From assembly GCA_964508125.1 (NCBI GenBank), contig CAZDTC010000001.1, forward strand, positions 1-52,615: DNA of 52,615 nt. The letters are read 5' to 3'. Shown here one piece after another: positions 15,154 through 25,308 of this stretch; position 1 is the first letter of the stretch; each line of letters begins with the position of its first letter. The notes beneath the pieces are model-generated. The model was not told the DNA's origin. It saw nothing but the letters and a program-made list of their open reading frames with translations, and ran no database searches. This stretch comes from an uncultured Candidatus Kuenenia sp. Lineage in GTDB: Bacteria; Planctomycetota; Planctomycetia; Pirellulales; UBA1268. Made by a program: the position numbers and the translations under genes.

Positions 15154-18100
15154 GAATGCACCATCCGGCTTGGAATCACGATGCCGCGGCATCCGTCTGC
15201 CACTTCCTGCTGCATCGCTTCGAACACGCGACGCATCGGGGGCGGCTCGCGTGTCCCGCGAGTCCGGGCTGCGAGGGTGGCCGTGTCGCCGATGATGATC
15301 AGCTGCCGCTGGGCACGCGACATGGCAACATTGATCCGCTGCGGCAACGCCATGAATCCCAGGGATGCGTTCGGGTTGCTGCGGACTGCCGAAAGAATCA
15401 CCAGCGGATATTCCTTGCCCTGAAAGCTGTCCACCGTTCCGATCTCGATCGTTCGCTCGATATCTGGCCTGCCCATCTGCTGCACGAGGGCCTCGATTAG
15501 TTTTCTCTGCTCGCTGTAGAACGCTATGACGCCGATCGTCTTGCGGCCGCCGATTTGTTCCGCGAGCGTGGCAATGGCCTCGGCATCGACGGTCTTCAAG
15601 AGCGTTTCGATAATGGCTACTTCGTACCGGTTGGTTTCATGGCAAGGCCATGCCGGAACCCGACGGATCGCTCGCTGCGTCGGATCGGCCAGCACGTCGC
15701 TCGTATCGATCCAGACCAGGGGATGATTCGTCGCCTTACCCCACACGGGGTCGTCCGCCTCATGCCCCCTGCCAACCACGGGGATACCGAACGACGGCAA
15801 CCGGGACTTCGCTCGCGAGAGGTCGTGCGTCCAATGTGAATCCAGTTTTCCGTCATAGAAAACGTTGCTGATGGTCTGCCCGATGGCCTCATGCATCCGG
15901 TACTGCATCGTCAGGGGGATCTTGTTCTCGCTCGGCACTCGTGCCCAAAGCCATTCAAAGAAGGACTCCCGCTGAAGATCGACTTCGCGTCCTTCCTCCA
16001 TCTGTTGCGCGATGAGTTTGTCCACGTGCGGAGGCAACTGCTGCTGGTCGCCGATCAGCACCACGGATCGCCCAAGTGTCATTGGGATGAGGATGTCGAT
16101 GCCTGCCCGGGCCGCCTCGTCGATGATGACGACGTCATAGCCATCATTGACGCCCACTCGTGGTGCAGCCGACCGTTGACACGTCGCGGTTGAAACCGGA
16201 GCATGCCTCGCAAACACCTTCTCGAGCCGCCTGGGCTCATCCCGAAGCGCTCTGATCCATGAGTAGATCACGGCAGGCTCACCCGTTGCGACCTCGCTCT
16301 TCGCGTGCTCAACGCAGCCCGCAGCGAGGCCCATCCACTCCACGACGTCTCTCTCCACCGGGGCCCAATGATCCTCGTATGCAGCCTGACTGTCATCCTC
16401 GCGTTCCGTTGACAAGGCCGCCACCGTGCGTTCGATGAGCCCCTGCCACGAGCTGACCACATCCGCCGGTACGGAGTCGCTCAGGGCGAGGCCGAGCTTC
16501 ACCGCGAGCGTACGCCACTCCTTGGCCAATGCTTGGTGCGCGACAGGCGCCTCGAGAAGCGACTTCCACGCATCGGAAGCGGACCTCACCGTGTCAGCAA
16601 CCTGCTTGGCTGCATCGGCGGCGGTCGTGGCGGGAGATGCGGAGAGCCGCACCAGTAATTCCGTCACGGCCGAGCCGCCCGTCACCTGCACGACGATCGA
16701 CGGCTGCTGCCGGCGCTCGACATCGGCCTGTATTGCCCGCCGCATCGACGACTCTATCGCCGCCAGCTTCTGCACCAGCAGCGGCGGCAACTCCGTCGCC
16801 TCCTCGGTCGCAGCGATCCCCACGAGCTCGGCAACGACAGCCTCGTTCACCTTGCGGGCGGCGACTTCATGCCGCAGCGTGCGGATCCGATCCCCGAGGT
16901 CGCTCAAGCGGAGAAAACTGATAAACCGCGAGTCCCCTTCCACGGTCGCCTTCAACCGGGCGACGATACGCGCCGCCTCGCTGAGGAACCGCCGCGTCTG
17001 AGCGACACGGTGCCTGTTTTTGCGATCCGAGCCAAAATCCGCGTAGACCTGCACTTCGTCGCCGGAAAGTTTCTCGATCGCGTTGAGGACCGCATCGTTC
17101 TGCACGCTGGTCACGAGCACGCGCAGTGGACCGCCTTCCTCCTCCCGTCGATTCCTGTATCGCCGCCGCAATGCGTGAATCAGCTCCACGATCACGCTGG
17201 TCTTCCCCGTGCCGGGCGGTCCTTGGACCAGGAATAGGCCCGGTTGCTGCACCGCCCGCTGGATGGCCCCCTTCTGGGCGTCGTTCAGCGGTGGCGATCC
17301 TTTTCGTGACTCGTACTCGTTCTTGGGCGGCGAGACCGGCGTCACCGACGACGGGTCGGAAACGTACTGCAGCATTTGCGGACAGGCCGCCGCACCCGTC
17401 CGCAGTCTTGTGATCGCTTCTTCCCGCCGTCTTCTCTGGGCTGCGTCACCGGCATCCTCGGCCGCGATCAATCGCCCTCGCGCGAACGGTGCTTTGCCAT
17501 CTCGTATGCGTATCGTCGCCACAGTACGTCCCGCGTTGGCGTCCTCGGCAAACGCCACCACCTCGGCCGCGATTGGATCGGCGTGGGAGTCACCTGCTTC
17601 GAGTGAATGCATCTCGACCATGCCCTTGACGCGCACGCCCCGCCGCAGATCGAAGTTATCACTGGCAATCCATCGCTCGATGGCTTCGCGTGGGCTGGCC
17701 ACATTGACTCTCCACGTGTCACCCGCCGCCTGCCCGACGACCTCGAGGTAATCGAGCGGCGTGCTCGCCCGCGATTCAAAAGTCCCTCGTTCTGCCGCCT
17801 TTGCGATCATCTCGTATTCCAGCCATGCATCTAGGAACGGGTGCGGCCGGGGCCTGAAGGTCGAAAGGTCCGCGAACCTGATGTTCTGCTCCGTCACAGT
17901 GAATACCGGCGGCTGCGACACCGCGATCAGTCGTGCCTCGGGAATGGCCGTTGGTCGATCCTGAATCTCCTCGACAACTAGGTACTCCGCGCCACGACCA
18001 CCTCCCACGCGACACGCCAGCCGCTTTCGATTTGCGAGATACACGTATATCCGCAACGCATCGGCCGACGACGACTCGATCGACCCGAGCAGGGGCGTGG

Positions 18101-18584
18101 CAACTACCATGCACGTCGCCTGCCCATCATTCAGAACCGATTTCTGCCTCGCGAAATCCAGTGCGTGCTGCGTCGTGGCAAAATTCCCAATTTGCGGCAG
18201 CATCTTCTCGTCGATGACGACTGTCGGCCCGGCTTCCAGACTGTCGGGCAACATCGTGCGCATGAGGGACAGCATCGCCTCGGTCGGGCCGCCATCATCT
18301 GCATCCCGCGACTGAACCTCGATGCGCTTTAGCAATCGGCCGGACACGTCCTTGAGGGCCCGCCTTGCCTGTCGCTCGTCGGACTTCCGCCCGAACTCGA
18401 TCGGGAACGCCTGCCCTGCAACCACGGCCTCGATCCGCCTGCCGTCCCGCACATCGACCCAGCCGGTGCCGACGGTTACCCGCCGGTCCTTGGGACCGAT
18501 GGCTGGCAGATCGATGCGTACCGACCACGTCTGCTCGTAGCCCAGACTAAAGTTGAGAAATTCACCCCCGGGGATTCCTGCCAT
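15150..18584 (-). CDS. Upf1/Dna2-like superfamily 1 helicase (AAA_11/AAA_12 type) with ~450-aa N-terminal region of unknown fold
   Basis: Motif I 'GPPGTGKT' (nt 17199-17222), II 'VVIIDEAARA', III 'LIGDQQQLPP', IV 'MQYRMHEAI', V 'VDSFQGKEYPLVILSAVRSN', VI 'RINVAMSRAQRQLIIIGD'. The start at 18584 has SD 'AGGAGGT' 8 nt upstream and lies 2 nt after the upstream stop. The ORF-track start at 18644 is probably too early. Confidence 0.85.
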   Translation of the reverse strand: MAGIPGGEFLNFSLGYEQTWSVRIDLPAIGPKDRRVTVGTGWVDVRDGRRIEAVVAGQAFPIEFGRKSDERQARRALKDVSGRLLKRIEVQSRDADDGGPTEAMLSLMRTMLPDSLEAGPTVVIDEKMLPQIGNFATTQHALDFARQKSVLNDGQATCMVVATPLLGSIESSSADALRIYVYLANRKRLACRVGGGRGAEYLVVEEIQDRPTAIPEARLIAVSQPPVFTVTEQNIRFADLSTFRPRPHPFLDAWLEYEMIAKAAERGTFESRASTPLDYLEVVGQAAGDTWRVNVASPREAIERWIASDNFDLRRGVRVKGMVEMHSLEAGDSHADPIAAEVVAFAEDANAGRTVATIRIRDGKAPFARGRLIAAEDAGDAAQRRRREEAITRLRTGAAACPQMLQYVSDPSSVTPVSPPKNEYESRKGSPPLNDAQKGAIQRAVQQPGLFLVQGPPGTGKTSVIVELIHALRRRYRNRREEEGGPLRVLVTSVQNDAVLNAIEKLSGDEVQVYADFGSDRKNRHRVAQTRRFLSEAARIVARLKATVEGDSRFISFLRLSDLGDRIRTLRHEVAARKVNEAVVAELVGIAATEEATELPPLLVQKLAAIESSMRRAIQADVERRQQPSIVVQVTGGSAVTELLVRLSASPATTAADAAKQVADTVRSASDAWKSLLEAPVAHQALAKEWRTLAVKLGLALSDSVPADVVSSWQGLIERTVAALSTEREDDSQAAYEDHWAPVERDVVEWMGLAAGCVEHAKSEVATGEPAVIYSWIRALRDEPRRLEKVFARHAPVSTATCQRSAAPRVGVNDGYDVVIIDEAARAGIDILIPMTLGRSVVLIGDQQQLPPHVDKLIAQQMEEGREVDLQRESFFEWLWARVPSENKIPLTMQYRMHEAIGQTISNVFYDGKLDSHWTHDLSRAKSRLPSFGIPVVGRGHEADDPVWGKATNHPLVWIDTSDVLADPTQRAIRRVPAWPCHETNRYEVAIIETLLKTVDAEAIATLAEQIGGRKTIGVIAFYSEQRKLIEALVQQMGRPDIERTIEIGTVDSFQGKEYPLVILSAVRSNPNASLGFMALPQRINVAMSRAQRQLIIIGDTATLAARTRGTREPPPMRRVFEAMQQEVADGCRGIVIPSRMVHS

Positions 18585-18586
18585 GC

Positions 18587-21500
18587 TTACACCTCCTCGT
18601 ATGGCTGGATGACGGCGACGCGCTCGCCCCGCAGCGCTTCGCATAGCAGTGCGGCCACCTCGGTGGGAGTCGCCGGCGCTTGCCTATCGACCGAATAGCG
18701 GGTCTTCAGTTCTGGCGCCTGTCGCGCGGCGTTCTCGATGGCGTGGGCGAGTTTGGCCATGCGGTCGCTGCCAGCCTTATACATTCCGCCATCATCCTTC
18801 CCCCTGCGCCGCAGCAGGGAAAAAACGACCATAGAAGCCTCGGTCAGGACCTCGGCCCGCTGAGCGTTCATGCCCTGCGGATCATCCGCCAGACCGGAAA
18901 CCACCGCTTCGCATGCAGCGAGTATGCGGTCGCACAATGCGGCAGACAGTGAGCCCACCATGCCTTTTCGCCTGAACAGCGCGAGCGCAAGGCACCAGGC
19001 GCACGCTTTGATGCGGTTCCAACCGGCCCTGCTGCACGCGGACTCCATTTTCTCGACCAGCCATTCGACGGCCGGCTCGCACGCCATCGGCTTGCGACCA
19101 TCCAACAGCCGCCCCAGTCGATAAAAATCATCGTCGTGCGGGTTCGGCAGGGCACGGACGTGAGCGAACTCCACGACCAACCAGTCTTCGGGCACATCGT
19201 GACGGAGCCGCGAAAGGATGGTCCTGAGACGTGACTGCAGCTCGCCCAGCTTGTTCCGATACTGCTCGTTTCCGCCGCTCAGAAAACTCCTCGGCATGGT
19301 CGCGGCCCGACTACCAAGTTCACTGGTATTGAGAAGTTTGGTGCACCACGGGAACACTTTTTCCTGAAGTTGCTTCCCGAGTTGGGGATTGGGTTCTTCC
19401 GCCCTGCCGTTGACCCATACCGCTCGCACTCGCTCGTCTAAGACCTCCGCTGCATCGATGCACCTGGTGATCTCAGCGACCACGTGATCCGTTCGTTGCT
19501 GCCTGTGCACGAGTTGCCCATTGGCATCGCTGAACACGGACTTGCAGGTGCGCTCGAATTCATCGATCGCGTGCATCACCGCGTCGATGTCATCGGACTT
19601 CGCATCTTTCCACGACAGGCTGGGCGGATACGCCGGTTCGCTGTTGTCGAGTTTTCTTTCACGGTCGGGCGCTCGCGTGCCGGCTCGCGCCCAGGTCACG
19701 TCGAGGGAATCGAATGGCGCGTTGCCGCTGGGAACGAACCGGATATGGAATCCATCCACCGCGTGTCGGTAGCTGACGTGGGCCCTTACGACCACGGCCT
19801 CGCGCAATGGAAAATGTCGCTCTGATTCGAGGCGCGCCTCGAACGCCAAGGAAATCCGACTGTCTTTGTCACGAACGAGCGGCAGCAGGTAGGCCTGCTG
19901 GTCGGGCGGAAGCCTGAAGTCCTGGGTCGGCGGTTCCTGCACCGCCTCGCCAGGACGCACGCTCCGGCGACGAAACAACTGGATCACTTGCTGGCCGGAA
20001 ACGAAGTACAGGTCCGGCACGATGTCCAGCCACGTGGGCAGACCGCGCGACCGCCGGTGGATGTACTCCGCCGCTCCCTTGACGACGTCGTTGACCGGAT
20101 CTGCGGCGAACGTGCATGCCCACCCAGGATGACGGTGCCGCAGGGCAGCGAGTACCGCGCGTTGGATCGCGGGCCGCTCGAACGGGCGGCCGACAAAGTG
20201 CCACCGGACGCGGCTCCCCCCGGCCCGGGAGTCGAGGCTTTCACGGCTCGCAGAATTGCTCCACTCCGAGAGCCAACGCTCGAATCGACTGATGAAGTGC
20301 TCATCCGCCGCATCCTCATCTTCCGCACGACAATGGACCCGATGCCACGCAGGAGGCCCTGCGTCATCCGCCGCCTGGATCCAGCACCAGTTGCCAGCCT
20401 CCCAGAGGTCGCGATCACATATCTCCCTCACAAGCGATTCAGCTTCATCGTCTCCCTGTTCCTGCGATTGCGTCCTCAGCCCCAGCGATCCTGCGACCGC
20501 TGCCCGGGCCCGTGCGGCGAGCCACGTGGATGCCGTGGCCTCCCGAGCCGGGGGCAGTTCCTCCGCCACGGTCGCGCGCTCCCAATACAGCCGATCGTCC
20601 GAGGATTTCTCGTTCTGTTCGAAGCGAGCCACGAGCGGCACAGGGGCGAGGCCCGTCGCCTCACCATCGACGACCACGAACTGGTCTCCATCTTCGACCA
20701 CGGAAGCGGAATCCGTCGCTCTCCACCGCAGCGCGGCCGCGACCGAACGCCAGATGAGCGTCGCCGTGCCAGCGGTCGCCGGCAACGCCGATCGAACGAC
20801 CTGGCAGTCCATCTCGTCGAGCTCGTCCGGAATCGCTACCGCCCATTCGGCGGCAGGGACGGCATGCGCGGCGACGGTGCTGAAAATCGTCCGCAGTGCC
20901 CCTTCGCGGGGCAGATCCTCGGTCGTGACGGGCAGCAATCGGCGGATGAAGTGCGACGAGCAGGCAGCGTTGGCCCGCGGCGCACGCGCCGCCTCGTCGC
21001 CCCCCACCCAACGTTCGGCCCCTTGGATCAACCACCTCGCAGCTGCCGCCGACCCACAGATTTCCACTCGTTCGCCTGGGCAGCCCGCGATCCGCACTCC
21101 CGCCCCGAACAGGTCGGCACCGAGCGCCGCATGCAAACCGTTTGGCTGTGATACACCGACCGGCTGCGTCCATTCCGACACGAAGCGGGGCATTTGTCCG
21201 CGAGGCTTACCGCTTGCCCCAAGCATCTCGACGATCCACGTCGCACAATCCGCAAGCCCGCCTGGCACAGAAAACGCTGGTGACGAATCGACCCACTCTT
21301 CCGCCATCATCGTGCATGCGAAAGTTGTGCCGGCAGCGTGCTCGGCATCACGTTCGAGGAACTCGAGGCGTACACTCGCATGCTTGGGAGCCTCCACTGC
21401 CGAGCCCGGTGATTGGATGGGCCAGCAGTGGAAGTTGATGCCTGCCCCGGACTGGCCGATGCTGATCGCCATCCCGCTGGTCTCGTACAGATTGCACAGC

Positions 21501-22468
21501 CATTGCCGCCCACCCGTCAGTGCATCCACCCGACCGCCGGGCGTCATCTGCACCCATGTGCTGGTGAGATGCGTATCCGCGCGTCGCCACAGCGACGCTT
21601 CGACCGCCAACATCACGGCGGCCGCGAGCGCTTCTGTGCCGCGTGCCCAGAGCGCTTCGAAATGCTCCTCCCGTGTCCGCAGCCAATTCGCGAGTTTCCA
21701 TACCCGCCTGTAGTCCCGGTCCCCCAGCAAGACGTTGTTGGGAATGAGGCTCATCGCAGGCCGAACCGTCGCCAGGGGCGACCGCTCGAACTGCTCGCGA
21801 CAGATATGCCGGAGGGATTCGAGTCCAGCCTCGAGGGAATCTTTCAGGCCACTTCCCTCGTCGCGACGCACCAGGTTCGCGTTTCGCCGAGCGAGAATGT
21901 TTTGGACGTCCCCGATCACCCGGCACACGACGCGATTCTCGTGGGTGTCGGGCACCCATGGCCGCACCACGCCGAGCATGCGCCTGCCGTGTGCCAGTTT
22001 TTCTCGTACGGTCGCTCCCGGCCGCTGGGTAAGCCAGCGGAGCCCCCGCACGTCGACTTCCCGAACCTTGGACAGCCCCAACACCGCGTGCTGCCGCCGC
22101 ATCCGGTGCCGCGGCTCCCTGATGATCTGGGCGATCGATTGGGCCGCCCAAGCAGCGACCCGGAGCGACGCATCGATCGGATCTGAGCCTTGGCCTGGGG
22201 CTTCCAGCAGTCGGGCGGTAACTCGCCGCAACGCCTCGCTGGCTGGTAGAAACACCGCGTTGGCGGTATCCGGATCGATCTCCGCGACCCTGCAAAAGAA
22301 GTCCTGGAGCCCGAGCAACGCTCTACCGTGGGCAACGCGGTCAGTCTCCGACGCTGGCACGTCGCCTGACTCGATGACCCGCAACGGGAGCGGTTGGCTC
22401 TGCCATGCCGACCCGGCGTCCACGGCCGCCTGCCGCTCCTCTTCTCCGCGACGCGAGTCGGTCACCAT
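18587..22468 (-). CDS. Giant McrC-N-terminal-like protein (~1293 aa) with a degenerate Hsp70/actin-like segment; no PD-(D/E)xK motif recognised
   Basis: 'VREVDVRGLRWLTQRPG...VRPWVPDTHENRVVCRVI' (DTHENR at nt 21932-21949) matches the McrC/DUF2357 'D-T-x-E-N-R' region. Residues ~470-900 (nt ~19860-21154) carry DnaK-like strings: 'AVAIPDELDEMDCQVVRSALPATAGTATLIWRSVAAAL', 'FVVVDGEATGLAP', 'VVKGAAEYI'. The start is set at the Met 20 nt after the upstream stop, preceded by a purine-rich SD-like stretch. Confidence 0.55.
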   Translation of the reverse strand: MVTDSRRGEEERQAAVDAGSAWQSQPLPLRVIESGDVPASETDRVAHGRALLGLQDFFCRVAEIDPDTANAVFLPASEALRRVTARLLEAPGQGSDPIDASLRVAAWAAQSIAQIIREPRHRMRRQHAVLGLSKVREVDVRGLRWLTQRPGATVREKLAHGRRMLGVVRPWVPDTHENRVVCRVIGDVQNILARRNANLVRRDEGSGLKDSLEAGLESLRHICREQFERSPLATVRPAMSLIPNNVLLGDRDYRRVWKLANWLRTREEHFEALWARGTEALAAAVMLAVEASLWRRADTHLTSTWVQMTPGGRVDALTGGRQWLCNLYETSGMAISIGQSGAGINFHCWPIQSPGSAVEAPKHASVRLEFLERDAEHAAGTTFACTMMAEEWVDSSPAFSVPGGLADCATWIVEMLGASGKPRGQMPRFVSEWTQPVGVSQPNGLHAALGADLFGAGVRIAGCPGERVEICGSAAAARWLIQGAERWVGGDEAARAPRANAACSSHFIRRLLPVTTEDLPREGALRTIFSTVAAHAVPAAEWAVAIPDELDEMDCQVVRSALPATAGTATLIWRSVAAALRWRATDSASVVEDGDQFVVVDGEATGLAPVPLVARFEQNEKSSDDRLYWERATVAEELPPAREATASTWLAARARAAVAGSLGLRTQSQEQGDDEAESLVREICDRDLWEAGNWCWIQAADDAGPPAWHRVHCRAEDEDAADEHFISRFERWLSEWSNSASRESLDSRAGGSRVRWHFVGRPFERPAIQRAVLAALRHRHPGWACTFAADPVNDVVKGAAEYIHRRSRGLPTWLDIVPDLYFVSGQQVIQLFRRRSVRPGEAVQEPPTQDFRLPPDQQAYLLPLVRDKDSRISLAFEARLESERHFPLREAVVVRAHVSYRHAVDGFHIRFVPSGNAPFDSLDVTWARAGTRAPDRERKLDNSEPAYPPSLSWKDAKSDDIDAVMHAIDEFERTCKSVFSDANGQLVHRQQRTDHVVAEITRCIDAAEVLDERVRAVWVNGRAEEPNPQLGKQLQEKVFPWCTKLLNTSELGSRAATMPRSFLSGGNEQYRNKLGELQSRLRTILSRLRHDVPEDWLVVEFAHVRALPNPHDDDFYRLGRLLDGRKPMACEPAVEWLVEKMESACSRAGWNRIKACAWCLALALFRRKGMVGSLSAALCDRILAACEAVVSGLADDPQGMNAQRAEVLTEASMVVFSLLRRRGKDDGGMYKAGSDRMAKLAHAIENAARQAPELKTRYSVDRQAPATPTEVAALLCEALRGERVAVIQPYEEV

Positions 22469-22488
22469 GCTTCTTTTCCTCTGGCCGC

Positions 22489-25308
22489 TCACGCCCCCAG
22501 GCTCTTGTCCTCGAGGTAGCTCGAACTGCACCAGACGAACTGCCCGTCTCCGGCCTCGCACGCGCGCTTAAAATCCTTCTTGAGTTCGGGCGTGTGGGTA
22601 TAGTCGTCCAGAACCTTGTCGATCAGGTCGAGGCAGCGACGGCCGGCACCCGATTCGACCGTGATGCCCCGCAGTTTGGGCATCACCTTCTGCGCGAGCT
22701 GATCCTCGAACGCCGACTTCCAGGCATCGCCCGAGACCGTTCCAGCCACGTCGGGATGGTTGGCGACATACCGCTCGGTGATCTGCAGTATGCGGTGGGC
22801 GACGGCGCGATTTACCAGCCCCAACGCGTCGTTGATCCGATCGAAAGCCGCCTTCAGACGACTTCGCACGTCTTGTTCGAGCGAGTCGTTGCCTCGCTGC
22901 CACGTTTCCCACGTCCCGGTGGCCAGACGGTATTTCGCACGTGGGGCAAGTGAGCTCTGATCCCGCGTCACGAGCTGCCTCGGCCGCGGGAAGTAGATCA
23001 CGTTCGCACGGTCGAGAACTTTGTCGGAAAGCGTGTTGGTCGACTCGTCCTCGTTCACCGTGCCCACGAACAGCAGGTTCGAGCCTAGCGGCACCTCGTA
23101 GGGCTCCATGCCGGAACCGATATCGACGGGCATGCGTGGCGTCTCGCCGTCGTGCCGCCGCCCCTCGAGTCGGCTCAGCAGCTCGCTAAAGTACAGTTCC
23201 ACGCGGGCCAGGTTCATCTCGTCGAGCATGACCACCAGCATCCGCTCGTCGTCCTTTCGGGTGCATCCGGCAAGCGCCTGAAGCAACTGCGTCGGCTTGA
23301 ACTGCCCCGAGAGGTAGTCGAAGAAGCCGAACAGGTCCGTCGGTGAGTCCCAGTTCGGAAGCACCGGCACGGGCATGAACTCCATTCCACCGAATCGGGC
23401 ATAGAGTTTCGGCAATTCCGACTTGCCCGTGCCGCTGACGCCCGCCAAGACGGTCAGCGACGACCAGTCGGCGATCTTGAGCGACGTGTGAAAAGCCTTC
23501 AACAGGCGATCCGGAAAGCGGAAGCCGCTCTCTGCGATCCCTTGACGGACGCTGTCGAGCCACTCCGCTTCTGCGGTGACCGTGCCGACTGTGTCGATCT
23601 CGCACAGCCCCGACACCGACTGCTCGATCGCGCCGATCCGGGCGTCGCGGCTCGACCCCTTTTCTTTGCGGTCACGGTCCTCCCGCAACCGCTCGATCTG
23701 CCCGCGGATCTCCGCGGCCTCGGCTTCCAACGCCTTGACCTTGCCCTGACGCCCGGCAACTTCCGCCTCGGCGGCCCGCACTGCGGCGAGTGCCTCCCGT
23801 TCTTCGTCCCGCAGGTCCTTCAGGCGGTTCGACAGGCCCTCCATCTCAATGCGATGCCGGCTGATATCCCCTTCCAGCTTCGTGATCTGCAGTTCGCGGT
23901 CCCGGATCCCGGCGCCGCTCTCGATGTCCTTGCGTTGCAACGCGACATGCTCCCGCTTGAGGCCGTCCAGGGCCGCCGCGGTCTCTTCGAGCAATCGCTC
24001 TGACTCCTGCCGCTGGCGCACGGCATCGTCAAGGGCCCCTTGATGCTCGAGTTTGACCTTGTCCCACAAGTCGGCATAGCGACGCGCGTGGGCGTCCTCG
24101 AGCAACTGCTCCTTGGCGTGCAGTTCGCGGCCCCGCTCCGCAAGGCTCTGCTCGATTTCCTGCTCCCGCTCCTTGACTCGCTGCCGTTCAGAAGCGACCT
24201 GTTCGCTCCGTTCCTCGTAACTGCGTTCCCGCACCGTGTGGGATTCGAGCAGGTCCTCGAGTCGCTTGATCTCGCCGTCGCGCTGAGTGAGATCACCAGC
24301 GAGCCTCTCCTTGTCTCGCTGAAGCATCTCGATCTTCCGTGCGGACCTGTTGAACCTCTCCAGAGCGTCCCGCCGTTCCCGGTCGAGATCGGACACATCC
24401 TTCTCCAGCTTCGCGACCTGGGCACTCAACTGAGCGGCGTCCACGTTGGCCCGCTGCACGGTGTCATAGCGGTCCCGCAATGCCCGCAAATCGTTGACTT
24501 CCCGCGTCGCTTCCTGGAGGTTCAGTTTGAGCTGCTCGACGTTCCCGATCTCGGCCCGCAACTGCTCGAGATTCTTCTTCAGCGAAGCCTTCTGATTTTC
24601 GAGTTCACTGATGTCCCCGAGCCCATGCTGGGTTTTGTATGACTGCAGTTCCCGCTGGGCGAGGATCGCCTGTTCCTCGGCATTGACCTTCTGCGAGCGC
24701 AGGTCGTCCCGCTCCTGCTCAAGCACCGCAAGCCGCTGCCGCAGCTGCTGGATCGTGCCCGGCTGGTACTGCACGACGTGCTCTGCCTGCTGATCGCTAA
24801 TCTCGATCAGCGCGGCCAGCACCGCCTCCGTGCGAGTCCGCTTCTGCTCGATCCCCTCGTGTTCCTGCTTTGCTTGCCGGACGAGGCTTTCGATATCGTT
24901 CCGCAACGCAGTGGCAGCGTCGCGCAGATGGCCGTCGATCTCCAACGCACGACCGTCAAGCAGGTCCTTCAATCGGCCGTCGATCTCACGATACCGACCC
25001 TCAACCCGCGTTGCGACCGTTTCGGCCTCCACCCGCGCCTTTGCCATTTCCTCGCGGAGCGTGCCCTGCAGTTCCTCCCTGAGGTCCTGCAGCGACGGCC
25101 CTTCGTCACGCTCGTTCGACCGCCACGCCACGAGTTCATCGCGGAGCAGCTTCAGCTGCTCCGCGACCGCATCCTGCCCACGACGTGCCGCGTCGACGAT
25201 TGACGCAATCGATGCCTCAACTCCGAGAGCCACAGCTTGCTCTTCAGGGCCTGCTGAACTTGAGAACTCTGGTGACGAATCGTCGGCCATGCGATTGACA
25301 GCTTTCAT
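22489..25308 (-). CDS. McrB-family AAA+ GTPase with ~550-aa N-terminal coiled coil
   Basis: Residues ~45-555 are continuous heptad-like Glu/Arg/Leu/Gln-rich sequence. The C-terminal AAA+ domain has Walker A 'GVSGTGKS' (nt 23419-23442), 'NWDSPTDLFGFFDY', Walker B 'VVMLDEMNLARVELYFSELLSRLE' and the McrB signature region 'VGTVNEDESTNTLSDKVLDRANVI'. Confidence 0.8.
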   Translation of the reverse strand: MKAVNRMADDSSPEFSSSAGPEEQAVALGVEASIASIVDAARRGQDAVAEQLKLLRDELVAWRSNERDEGPSLQDLREELQGTLREEMAKARVEAETVATRVEGRYREIDGRLKDLLDGRALEIDGHLRDAATALRNDIESLVRQAKQEHEGIEQKRTRTEAVLAALIEISDQQAEHVVQYQPGTIQQLRQRLAVLEQERDDLRSQKVNAEEQAILAQRELQSYKTQHGLGDISELENQKASLKKNLEQLRAEIGNVEQLKLNLQEATREVNDLRALRDRYDTVQRANVDAAQLSAQVAKLEKDVSDLDRERRDALERFNRSARKIEMLQRDKERLAGDLTQRDGEIKRLEDLLESHTVRERSYEERSEQVASERQRVKEREQEIEQSLAERGRELHAKEQLLEDAHARRYADLWDKVKLEHQGALDDAVRQRQESERLLEETAAALDGLKREHVALQRKDIESGAGIRDRELQITKLEGDISRHRIEMEGLSNRLKDLRDEEREALAAVRAAEAEVAGRQGKVKALEAEAAEIRGQIERLREDRDRKEKGSSRDARIGAIEQSVSGLCEIDTVGTVTAEAEWLDSVRQGIAESGFRFPDRLLKAFHTSLKIADWSSLTVLAGVSGTGKSELPKLYARFGGMEFMPVPVLPNWDSPTDLFGFFDYLSGQFKPTQLLQALAGCTRKDDERMLVVMLDEMNLARVELYFSELLSRLEGRRHDGETPRMPVDIGSGMEPYEVPLGSNLLFVGTVNEDESTNTLSDKVLDRANVIYFPRPRQLVTRDQSSLAPRAKYRLATGTWETWQRGNDSLEQDVRSRLKAAFDRINDALGLVNRAVAHRILQITERYVANHPDVAGTVSGDAWKSAFEDQLAQKVMPKLRGITVESGAGRRCLDLIDKVLDDYTHTPELKKDFKRACEAGDGQFVWCSSSYLEDKSLGA

